Assembly: GCA_964016885.1 (NCBI GenBank)
Contig: OZ024763.1
Location: forward strand, 16,864,001-16,928,000
Direction: 5' to 3'
DNA from: Eledone cirrhosa
Lineage: Eukaryota
Length of the DNA stretch: 64,000 bases
Part shown: positions 13,963 to 25,686 of the stretch, piece after piece
Position numbering within the stretch: the stretch's first letter is position 1
Layout of the letters: each line of letters starts with the position of its first letter
Position numbers and translations under genes: made by a program
The notes under the pieces: model-generated
Told to the model about the DNA's origin: nothing
Database searches by the model: none
Seen by the model: the letters and a program-made list of their open reading frames with translations, nothing else

Positions 13963-14245
13963 TTTCAAGGGTACCAAAACTTTGGTACGCTCTCATCAGA
14001 TAAAATACAAAGTTTGTTTTATAAATATTGACATATCCAGGAACGAGACCTTCACCATTTAGTTTTACCTGGATATGTCAATATTTATAAAACAAACTTT
14101 GTATTTTATCTGATGAGAGCGTACCAAAGTTTTGGTACCCTTGAAATATATATAATAGAATAAATATGGTTTTATAAATATAGTTTCCATTTATTAATAT
14201 CATTGATATTATACTTCAATAAATCCTGTTGAGTGCTTCGAATCA
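13955..14245. mobile_element. Family H1 fold-back module with two hammerheads (13963-14007 minus, truncated; 14102-14162 plus)
   Basis: Inverted arms ~13955-14041 and ~14068-14154; plus arm tattttat CTGATGA g agcgtaccaaagttttggtaccctt GAAA tatata TA atagaata. Confidence 0.75.
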
Positions 14246-14411
14246 GACGGCAGGGCTCAAGCTTGACGGCTTGAGCTCTGCCGTCGGGGTCTTGAACATT
14301 TTCCTATATATATATATATATAAATATTTGGCAAAATCACTGATGAGGGACTAATTTTATAATATGTAATCCATGTGCAACCATGCAGTATTCTTCTTCC
14401 CCTTGTTTTTC

Positions 14412-14451
<40 letters not shown>

Positions 14452-14741
14452 GTAGATAAATCTACCAAGAGTTTACGGTAGTGTCCAATCCGTATGAAGA
14501 ACTCAATGTAATCCGGATATCATGGAAAGAAGAGATGCAATGAAAAATCACTTTCGGTGAAAGATAAACGGAATACAGAGTCAAGATAAAATATTAAAAA
14601 TTTTGTATAATTTTGTACATAGATCTGTTAAATATACATGCCAATTCTAACACATATATATCCCAGAAACGATCGTTAAATAATGAACTTTTTTTGTTTA
14701 ATATAAGGAACTGTTTCATTGTTTTATTCATTATTTTTTTA

Positions 14742-14814
<73 letters not shown>

Positions 14815-14945
14815 CATGAGAAGAAAGAAGAATACTGCGTGGTTTGCACATGGGTTACATATGATAAAACTGGTCCTTCGTCAGTGATTTTCCAACCATC
14901 ATTGGTATTTCATCGCATTAAAAATCAGATACCTCAATATATATA

Positions 14946-15023
14946 TATCAAAATGAAAATCCGAAGGCATGGTAAAATTCCAATGATTGGAATTTAACCT
15001 TGCCTTCGGATTTTCATTTTGAT
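14946..15023. repeat. Short imperfect palindrome
   Basis: tatcaaaatgaaaatccgaaggca...tgccttcggattttcattttgata. Confidence 0.8.
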
Positions 15024-15161
15024 ACTTATACTCCGTTTTACATCATCTAGCTGTTCCCTTGAATGGAATTGGAGATATACAAAAGCGTGGAAAACTTAAT
15101 ATTGCTAACATAAAGTTATTGGAGCATTTTACACAACCAATAATGCACCTCACTATATAAC

Positions 15162-15209
<48 letters not shown>

Positions 15210-15288
15210 GTACGTTATTCCGGGTTGAATCGGAGGTAACCACAGTAAGTAAGGTACTCAATACATTGCAGAGTATAAAAGTTTTAAT

Positions 15289-15388
15289 ATAGATGAGATT
15301 CTACAGGACTAGAACTGTTTCATTCTTTAGAAATCATCAGGGATGATTTCTAAAGAATGAAACAGTTCTAGTCCTGTAGAATCTCATC

Positions 15389-15392
<4 letters not shown>
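15289..15392. repeat. Palindrome centred on a hammerhead-like CTGATGA core (family also at 4096-4137 and ~8806-8860)
   Basis: atagatgagattctacaggactagaactgtttcattctttagaaatcatc-agg-gatgatttctaaagaatgaaacagttctagtcctgtagaatctcatctat. Confidence 0.75.
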
Positions 15393-15419
<27 letters not shown>

Positions 15420-15624
15420 CAGGAAAGAAGGTTTACATGGTTTGCTATACAAAAAAGTTTTTAATCACATAGCTTACATTTGTTTCACTGAACTGGTATG
15501 TCTAGAGATCGCTATCCGCTTAATTTTGCGTTACTCGATCGCCAATACAGAATTATCCACTACCTGGAATACCATAACTGAACTTCACCTAAGTGGACTG
15601 CATTTAACTATTATTTGTTAATCC

Positions 15625-15700
<76 letters not shown>

Positions 15701-15815
15701 ATATATAAACAAGCAAATTATAAACGTAAACATGTAAGTATGTTTTTGAAACAGTGCGCGAGTTTGAAGTTAGAAATTAGAAATTATAAGCTTTCACCGT
15801 ATTTTAGACTAAAGA

Positions 15816-16000
15816 AATTTCTAGCCTGATAGTGGGGTTTATAACCCTCGGAGAAATGGAAAAAGATGAGTGTTGCCGTACATGGGAGTCGAACCCACAC
15901 ACATCTTTGGTTAACCAAAGGTGTGGGTTCGACTCCCATGTACGGCAACACTCATCTTTTTCCATTTCTCCGAGAGTTATAAACCCCACTATCAGGCTAG

Positions 16001-16003
<3 letters not shown>
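15816..16003. repeat. Near-perfect ~188-bp palindrome with a tRNA-like B-box in each arm
   Basis: Arms mirror around ggttaacc (~15912); GGTTCGACTCC at ~15926 followed by a T5 run. Confidence 0.8.
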
Positions 16004-16063
<60 letters not shown>

Positions 16064-16133
16064 AAAGAACACAAGAGCGTCTACAACATCAAAAGATTTT
16101 TATTGGCTTACAATGTTTCTTCCTTACGTAACC

Positions 16134-16195
<62 letters not shown>

Positions 16196-16261
16196 GATAG
16201 GTATAGAAAGTATTGTAGCAAGAAGCCAACAGTATACCATAATATATATATATATATATAT

Positions 16262-16500
16262 TTAGTTATGTAATAAACAATATAAGATAATTATTTCATT
16301 TACCAGTGGTTTCTTCAGTCGTCAAAATGAATAAATAATACACCATCTTATTTATTTATTCTGACGACTGAAGACAGACACAACATCTGCCTTCAAGAAT
16401 GAAATAATTATCTTATGTTGTTTATTACGTAACTAATAAGCTCTGTAGACTACATAGAGCACTCTCTTTTCCTTTACCTTTCCTACGGAAATACTTCATT
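16262..16500. mobile_element. Fold-back module with variant hammerhead-like core (family H4; another copy at ~46695-46845 minus)
   Basis: Inverted arms; CTGACGA-stem-GAAA TAATTA TC with palindromic ATAATTAT. Confidence 0.5.
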
Positions 16501-16817
16501 TATATATATATATATATATGTTTGTAATTTGTAAGTTATTTTATTTCAAAATATTCAAAGAGAAAAGTAGATAGAGAGAGAGGGAGGGGTAGAGAGAGAG
16601 GGAGGGGGTAGAGAGAGTGGGAGGGAGGGGAGTAGAGAGAGAGAGGGAGAAAAGTAGATAGAGAGAGAGGGAGGGAGGGGAGTAGAGAGAGAGGGGGAGA
16701 AAAGTAGATAGAGAGAGGGGGAGGGAGTAGAGAGAGAGGGAGAAAAGTAGAGAGAGAGGGAGAAAAGTAGAGAGAGAGAGAGAGAGAGAGAAGGAATTAA
16801 ATACAGTAAAGAAAGAA

Positions 16818-16965
16818 TAATTGTTTCTACTTTAGGCACAAGGCCAGCAATTACCCAGTGCATTACTGGTACTTTATTTTATCGACCCCGTAAGGATGAA
16901 AGGCAAAGTCAACCTCGGCGGGATTTGAACTCAGATCGTAAAGGGACGTAACTCTGCTGGAAAGA
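16818..16965 (-). mobile_element. SINE family A, 5'-truncated
   Basis: Family match. Confidence 0.8.
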
Positions 16966-16972
16966 ATAATGT

Positions 16973-18436
16973 TTTCTTTATTAACCACAAGGGTTTACAT
17001 AATGTAGACATTAAGGACAGTACAGGACAATACAGGACGGTACAAATGGGCATTTCTGCGTGTAAAAAAAACAGAGGATGAAATAAAATAACAAAGAAAA
17101 ATTCCCCAATAGGGGGGAGACTTCCGAGGGACATTTGTGGAGAAAGCCCATTAAAAGACCACAGTGGCCCTGACCACCAGGGCAAGTGCCCTCTCCCAGT
17201 CTTCCACCTTTAATTTACAGACACATACTCAGAGAAGGCCCATTCATTCGGGCCATACTTGCTTCTCTCACCCATCTTTCAACAAAATGCTGGGAAGAGA
17301 GCCCTTCCCTCTCTGGAAAGAATAATGAAGTAAGAAAGTTAAAAACAACAACACATACACTCGGGTCCCTAATAAGAGGGTGGAGGAGGGGGGGGGAAGC
17401 GGGTGTGAATGGATTGGGTGGGGGTGATCGGTAATATTTCTAGGTTGTCTCCTCTGAGGGTGATGATGATGATGAATAGTAAGAAAAGAGAGAAAGATCG
17501 ATTGATAGATAGATCGATAGATAGATCGATAGATAGTTCGGGTCTAGCTGTCGAAACGGCCGGGACTCAACCCTCGGAGCTGACTATTTTCATACAGAGA
17601 TATCTTTCTTTATTTGCCACAGGGGCGTACAAAAATGGGACATTTACAAGACGTGACGGCGGGGGTTTTACATAAAATCTTTAACTATGATGAATAACAA
17701 TCAACTATATAAAAATAAAACAATTGAAATCCCCCATTGGAAGGGGGTGGGGGTAGTAACGCTACTGCGGGGTTGTTTGACACCCCCGTGGATAGAACAA
17801 CCCTCAACACCAGGAAGACGTTTTGTGGGTGTTCCCCTCTTCCCTCTGTTTATCTTCCTCAACCCACAGGTTTATATACAGAGAAGGCCCATTCAGCCGG
17901 GCCATTTTCGCCACATTCACCCCCCTTTCAGCGAATTTACTGGGGTGTAGCACCTCTCTCTCTCTCCACTCCCACCTTCCTTCTGAAGTGGTACTTAAAG
18001 AAGGGGATGAGTTGTTTAACACCCCGTGGATAGAACAACCCTCAACACCAGGAACACGTTTTGTAGGTGTTCCTGTCTTCCCTCTGTTTATCTTCCCCAT
18101 CCTACAGGTTTATACACAGAGAAGGCACATTTACTCGGGCCATTTTCGCCACATTCACCCACCTTTCAGCGAATTTACTGGGGTGTAGCACCTCTCTCTC
18201 TCTCTCTCTCTACTCTCACCTTCCTTCTGAAGTGGTACTTAAAGAAGGGGATGAGTTGTTTAACACCCCGTGGATAGAACAACCCTCAACACCAGGAACA
18301 CGTTTTGTAGGTGTTCCCCTCTTCTTCCCTCTGTTTATCTTCCTCAACCTACAGGTTTATACACAGAGAAGGCCCATTTACTCGGGCCATTTTCGCCACA
18401 TTCACCCACCTTTCAGCGAATTTACTGGGGTGTAGC

Positions 18437-18471
<35 letters not shown>

Positions 18472-19880
18472 CTCTCACCTTCCTTCTGAAGTGGTACTTA
18501 AAGAAGGGGATGAGTTGTTTAACACCCCGTGGATAGAACAACCCTCAACACCAGGAACACGTTTTGTAGGTGTTCCCCTCTTCTTCCCTCTGTTTATCTT
18601 CCTCAACCTACAGGTTTATACACAGAGAAGGCCCATTTACTCGGGCCATTTTCGCCACATTCACCCACCTTTCAGCGAATTTACTGGGGTGTAGCACCTC
18701 TCTCTCTCTCTCTCTACTCTCACCTTCCTTCTGAAGTGGTACTTAAAGAAGGGGATGAGTTGTTTAACACCCCGTGGATAGAACAACCCTCAACACCAGG
18801 AACACGTTTTGTAGGTGTTCCCGTCTTCCCTCTGTTTATCTTCCTCAACCCACAGGTTTATATACAGAGAAGGCCCATTTACTCGGGCCATTTTCGCCAC
18901 ATTCACCCACCTTTCAGCGAATTTACTGGGGTGTAGCACCTCTCTCTCTCTCTCTCTCTCTCTACTCTCACCTTCCTTCTGAAGTGGTACTTAAAGAAGG
19001 GGATGAGTTGTTTAACACCCCGTGGATAGAACAACCCTCAACACCAGGAAGACGTTTTGTAGGTGTTCCCGTCTTCCCTCTGTTTATCTTCCTCAACCCA
19101 CAGGTTTATATACAGAGAAGGCCCATTTACTCGGGCCATTTTCGCCACATTCACCCACCTTTCAGCGAATTTACTGGGGTGTAACACCTCTCTCTCTCTT
19201 CACTCTCACATTCCTTCTCAATTGGATAGATAGATATCTTTCTTTATTTGCCACAGGGGCGTACAAAAAGGGGACATTACAAGACGTGACGGCGGGGGTT
19301 TTACATAAAAATAACTTTAACATTAATAAATAACAATAAACTATATATAATAAAATAACAATTGAAATCCCCAATAGGGGGGTAACGCTACTGCAGGGTT
19401 GTTTAACATCCCGTGGATAGAACAACCCTCAACACCAGGAATACGTTTTGTAGGTGTTCCTGTCTTCCTTCTGTTTATCTTCCTCAACCTACAGGTAGAT
19501 ATGTTTCTTTATTAGCCACAGGGGCACAAAATAAGGGGACAAATACAAAAGGGAGAAGTTTACATACAATAAAAACGTGTAAAATGTTATCACAAATGCA
19601 ATTTAAAAAATTAGTTGATTTTCCCCAATAGGGGGAGACAGTTTATATGGGTAACACATACCCCCGAAAAAAATGTGCAACTCTCATCTCCAGGAGTACG
19701 AAGAGTTTGTACTCCTTTCCTCTCCTCCTCTTTTTCCTCAACCTACAGGCTGATATAGAGAGAAGGCCCATTCACTCGGGCCATTCTCGCCACTTTCACC
19801 CACCTTTCATAAAACTTGCTGGGGTACAGCACCTCTCTCTCCATCCTGATTCTTCTTCCAAAGTGGTATTTGAAAAAAAG
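16973..19880 (-). mobile_element. Cluster of Tx1/L1-like LINE 3' ends, including a ~245-bp tandem array (~17775-19225, 6 units)
   Basis: Minus strand encodes FFKYHFRRKVRVEREVLHPSKFAERWVNVAKMARVNGPSLCINL* then a UTR ending in AATAAAGAAAGA (e.g. ~17600 and ~19235); clade call is from recall. Confidence 0.6.
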
Positions 19881-20487
19881 GATAGATAGATAGATAGAAC
19901 TAGATAAAGATCGTTAGATAGAAATAGATAGATAGATATAGAAGTAAAGGGAGTGTGAGCAATAATTAGAGGAAGAAAGAAAGGAAAAAATGAAGGATTA
20001 AATCAAAGAAACAGAGAGAAAGAGAGAAATAGATAAAGTGTATTTGACATCTAACATAAAGATTGTGTTGTAATAATTTTTTCTATTTTAGGCACAAGGC
20101 CTGCCATTGGTGGGGAGGGGAGGGTAAAGTTGATTATATTGGCCCCAGTAGTTGACTGGTATTTTATTTTATCGATTACTCCTCCACCCTCGATTTTTTT
20201 TGTTTGTTTTAATATGTATACACACACACACACACATATATATATATGTGTGTGTGTGTGTATGTATTTATAAATAAATATATATATATGTGTGTGTATA
20301 TATATATATATACACACACATATATATATGTGTGTGTATATATATATATATTTATTTATAAATACATAGGCACACACACACATATATATATATATATGAG
20401 TGTGTGTATATATATATTAAAACAAACAATATATATATATATGTACAATATATTAATAAATGGAAACTATATTTATAAAACCATATT

Positions 20488-20553
20488 TATTTTATTATAT
20501 ATATTTCAAGGGCAACCAAGGCAAATTATGGTGCGCTTTCATCAGATAAAATA
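20488..20553 (-). ncRNA. Type-I hammerhead ribozyme motif, family H1
   Basis: rc: TATTTTAT CTGATGA a agcgcaccataatttgccttggttgccctt GAAA tatata TA ATAAAATA. Confidence 0.75.
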
Positions 20554-20909
20554 CAGATTTGTTTTATAAATAAATAAATATTGACATACCCGGAAAAAAA
20601 ACAACCTTAACGGTTGGAGCTTCCTGCATTATATATATAATATATATATATATATATATGTATATATAATATATATATATATATATAAATTATTAAAAAG
20701 ATAATGAATAAACAAAGAAACAGTTCCTTATATTAAACAAAAAAAAGTTCATTATTTTACGATCGTTTCTAGGACATATATGTGTTAGAATTGGTATGCA
20801 TATTCAAAAGATCTATGTACAAAATTATACAAACTATCAGAGGGAATATACATACCTTCACATATATATGCTGTCTTCAGAAATAATATATATATATATG
20901 GATATATAT

Positions 20910-20976
<67 letters not shown>

Positions 20977-21110
20977 TATGTATATACTTATATATCCATA
21001 TATACGTATATATATGTATGTATGTAAAGGGTAAACAGAAATAACAACACAATCGGTTCAGTATATGGAAGGAAAAAATGAGGTTAACGCTTGAAATGGC
21101 AGGAAGCGGG

Positions 21111-21146
21111 TCTTAACGTTTCGGACGCTAGTCCTTCATCAGAAGA
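21111..21146 (-). ncRNA. Minimal (36-nt) type-I hammerhead ribozyme motif, family H3
   Basis: rc: TCTT CTGATGA a GGAC-tagc-GTCC GAA AC GT T AAGA; palindromic ACGT stem III, GUU triplet. Confidence 0.75.
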
Positions 21147-21213
21147 AAGAATGAGAAATAAGATAGATTGAAGGGAAGGGCGGGGTGGAATTTGAAAAAA
21201 ATGTCTTTAGATA

Positions 21214-21292
<79 letters not shown>

Positions 21293-21386
21293 GCCAGTAT
21301 TGAAATGGCTCCACCACTAATCAGTGGTGGCCACGATTGGACTCCAAAACCTAAGGTCACACGTACATGTTGAGTGTATGAAATTT

Positions 21387-21850
<464 letters not shown>

Positions 21851-21876
21851 GATGGTGGTGGTGGTGGTGGTGGTGG

Positions 21877-21911
<35 letters not shown>

Positions 21912-22070
21912 TGTGTGTGTGTGTTTCGTTTTCTTTTTTTGTTCACTTCCAATCTTGGTTCTTTAAATTCGACAAACAAACGTTTTGTTTTGTGAGTTTT
22001 TTTTGTTTTTTTTTTTGGCTTAGCTGAGTCTACGGATACACAGAAGGGAAATAACTACAGCAAGACTTTC

Positions 22071-22460
22071 GTGTGTGTGTGTGTTCGTTTCTGTGTGCGC
22101 TCGTGTGTGTATGTGTGTGTCTTCGTTACTGTGTGCGCTCGTGTGTGTTTATCTGAGTGTTTGTGTGTGTGTTCGTTTCTATGTGTGTATGTGTGTATGT
22201 GTGTGTCTTCGTTTCTGTGTGCGCTCGTGTGTGTTTATCTGAGTGTTTGTGTGTGTGTTCGCTTCTGTGTGTGTATGTGTGTGTCTTCGTTTCTGTGTGC
22301 GCTCGTGTGTGTTTATCTGAGTGCTTGTGTGTGTGTTCGTTTCTGTGTGTGTATGTGTGTATGTGTGTGTGTCTTCGTTTCCGTGTGCGCTCGTGTGTGT
22401 TTATCTGAATGTTTGTTTGTGTGTGTGTGTGTGTGTGTGTTCGTTTCTGTGTGTGCGTAT
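22071..22460. repeat. GT-rich minisatellite (cgtttctgtgtgcgctcgtgtgtgtttatctgagt)
   Basis: About 5 degenerate units. Confidence 0.8.
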
Positions 22461-22504
22461 GTAATTAATTTCGTGTGTGTGCGTTCGTATTGTGTGAGTG
22501 TGTG

Positions 22505-22537
<33 letters not shown>

Positions 22538-23090
22538 TTGTGTTATCTTCTCAATGTCTTTGGTCAGGATTCTTTTTTTATCGTCTGCTTCAGTGAAATA
22601 TAAAGAACTTTTCGTTTTTCTTCTTATTAAATAATAAAAATGTTAAAAATGTTAAAAATGAACGTATCCTCGAATCCCAAACGAAAATTTGAAAGACCTT
22701 GTCACAATGGTGGGCGAACAAGTTACTACTGGTTCCTAGTAAGTTAGGTGTTATCTATGTTAGGTGTTATATATACACACACAGACGCATTTATATATAT
22801 ATATATATATATATATATGATTATATACAGATTAGAGCAAACATCACGGGCGCTCTATCTCAAAATTATTTTTGAAAAGCATTAGAAATGCGCAACCGGT
22901 AAAACTTAAAACCAAAACTGAATACTAACCAATACTTATTACTAATTTTTACTTATTCCAAATTAAACTATTTTTCACTGGGAACAATTTGTCAGCGTTT
23001 TCTTTTCCTTTTACCAATATATCACAACTCGTGTGTTACACCTCTATTCTTTTAAATATATATATATATATCTTTATATAAAGATATATA

Positions 23091-23237
23091 TAACGAAGGA
23101 AATGTGGTAAGGAACCAGGTGGACCATAACGCACCAAAGTACTCAATACTTAGGGTAGTAGAGTGGGTAATAGGAACCAGCAAGGGGTCTTACTGGTTCC
23201 TATATATATATATATATATATATTAATAAGGTAATTT

Positions 23238-23279
<42 letters not shown>

Positions 23280-23390
23280 AAAATGTTCAAGACCCCGACG
23301 GCAGAGATCAAGCAGTTACGACGGCTATTTCTGGACTGTACTCTGGTGCGTTATGGTCCACCTGCTTCCTTACCACACTTCCTTGGTTAT
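23091..23390. mobile_element. Two family C modules, both with inversions
   Basis: 23091-23203 (minus, short fold-back) and 23276-23390 (inverted 5' piece plus 3' piece), separated by (TA)n. Confidence 0.65.
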
Positions 23391-23397
23391 ATATATA

Positions 23398-23460
<63 letters not shown>

Positions 23461-23504
23461 AAATAACAGGAAGCTGGACTGGTGTAATTCCTTAAAGGTT
23501 TATT

Positions 23505-23562
23505 ATACTATGAACATTTCAATGACCGGGTTCAGTATGAATCCGGTGACATCATCAGGTGT
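23505..23562 (-). ncRNA. Type-I hammerhead ribozyme motif, family H2
   Basis: rc: acac CTGATGA t gtcaccggattc-atact-gaacccggtcatt GAAA tgttca TA gtat. Confidence 0.7.
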
Positions 23563-23860
23563 TCAAAATTTAACGAAGGAATATAATCCATGGGGCTGAA
23601 AAGGCAGAGACAAGAAGGTGGCCATACATTTAGCAGTTTCTAATTCGGTCGGCCACCTATATATATATATGCGTGTGTGTATATATATATATGAGTATAT
23701 ATAAATGCATGTATGTGTGTAAATATATATAGATGCATATATATGTGTATACATATATATTTGTGTGTGTATGTATATACATACATATTTGTATATATAT
23801 ATGTAAATATGAATCTCTCTCTCTATATATATATATGTCTATATACATTTACATGTCTAA

Positions 23861-23937
<77 letters not shown>

Positions 23938-24322
23938 CATCATCATCATCATTTTACATCCGCTTTTCCCTGCTTGCAAGGGTGGGATGGGAACTGATTC
24001 TAGCTTGATTTCTACAGCTGGATGCCCTTCCTAACACCAACCTCATTTACAGTGAGTGCTGGGTGCTTTTTTTTCCGTGGCGCCTACACATCCACTTTAC
24101 AGTGTGGGGTGGGTGCTTTTTTGCCGTGGCACCTCCACGACCACTTTGCAGTGGAATGATATGGACCCCAGTCCCTATCATCTCATTTCTACAGCTGAGT
24201 AAACTCGAGCAATGTGAAATAAAGTGTCTTGCTCAAGGAAACAACACATCACCCGGTCCTGAGAATTGAACTCACAACCTTTCGATTGCGAGGCCAATAC
24301 TCTAACCACTAAGCCATGTGCC
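23938..24322 (-). mobile_element. SINE family B with internal duplication
   Basis: Family match; gggtgctttttt.ccgtggc segment duplicated at ~24060 and ~24110. Confidence 0.85.
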
Positions 24323-24336
24323 TTTACATATATATA

Positions 24337-24555
24337 TGGTTCGATTCCTGGGCTGCGTGTTGCGTTCTTGAGCAAAACACTTAATTTCACGTTGCTCCAG
24401 TATACTCAGCTGAAAATGAGTACCAGCAATAGCTGGGAGTTTAACCCTGCAATGGACTGGCGTCCTGTCCGGGGGGTAGTCTTGTACTCTCAGTCGCCTC
24501 ACGCCATGAATCCAGGATAAGCACCGGCCAAATGAGCCTTCTGGCTTAAGACAGA
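24337..24555 (+). mobile_element. Third SINE family (V/Meta-domain-like), 5'-truncated; related fragment at ~60025-60230 minus
   Basis: B-box GGTTCGATTCC, ttcttgagcaaaacactt core, ccctgcaatggactggcgtcctgtcc.ggg domain. Confidence 0.6.
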
Positions 24556-24859
24556 CTTCAGACTTTTTTTTTTAGATGTAAATATGGTCGATGTTGATCA
24601 GCAGATGGGTTCCCCTGACTAGGGCCTCCAAGACAAACTTTGCAAGGCGGTAGAAAAGTTTTTGTCTTGGCCATCTAGTCTACTTATGGAGATGAGTGTC
24701 TGTAGTATCTTATATGACCTTCGCCTTTTTATTAGAGATATTACTGCTGTTTCTAGCAAGTTTTTTTGTGGTTAAGTCGAATGATCATCGTACGCTTGGG
24801 CAAATACGTTTTGTGTTTGTACATAGTTGTGTGTGTGTGTCTTGTGTATGCATATATGT

Positions 24860-25072
24860 ATGTGTGTGTATGTATATGTATGCATGTATGCATATATGTC
24901 TGCCTGTATGCATATATGTCTGCCTGTATATATATATGTGTGTGTAAATAAATATATGTATGTGTATATATATATGTGTGTGTAAATAAATATATGTATG
25001 TATATATATATATATGTATGTATATATGTCTGCCTATATGTATATATATGTATGTATGTATATATGTCTGCC

Positions 25073-25109
<37 letters not shown>

Positions 25110-25340
25110 ATATGTCTGCCTATATGTATATATATATGTGTCTGTATATATATATATATGTATGTATATATGTCTGCCTATATGTATATATATATATGTA
25201 TGTATATATGTCTGCCTATATATATATATATATGTATATGTGTCTGCCTATATATATATGTATGTATATATGTCTGCCTATATATATATGTATATATGCC
25301 TGCCTATATATATCTATATATATATATGTGTGTGTGTGTG

Positions 25341-25371
<31 letters not shown>

Positions 25372-25470
25372 GCATATATATATATATATATATATATGCA
25401 TATATATGTTTGTATATATATATATATATATGTATATATATGTCTGTATATATATATATATTTATTTATA
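24860..25470. repeat. TA-rich minisatellite (tatatgtctgcctata)
   Basis: Direct inspection. Confidence 0.85.
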
Positions 25471-25616
25471 GATCAGACTCTTGCTATCCGTTCTTTATCT
25501 AGTTTTCTCTCTCAGTCCATTAAACCATCAATGTAGCTTCTGTTTTCAGCTCCAATAACACAACTGTTGTCTCTACACTTAGACCACACTTGCTGTCTCT
25601 CTCTCTTTCTCTATAT

Positions 25617-25685
<69 letters not shown>

Positions 25686-25686
<1 letters not shown>

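Noticed and set aside
14338-14400. Hammerhead at CTGATGAGGGAC (and CTGACGAAGGAC at ~14870-14885 minus)
   Set aside because: No closing stem II or correctly placed GAAA found; a repeat fragment only.
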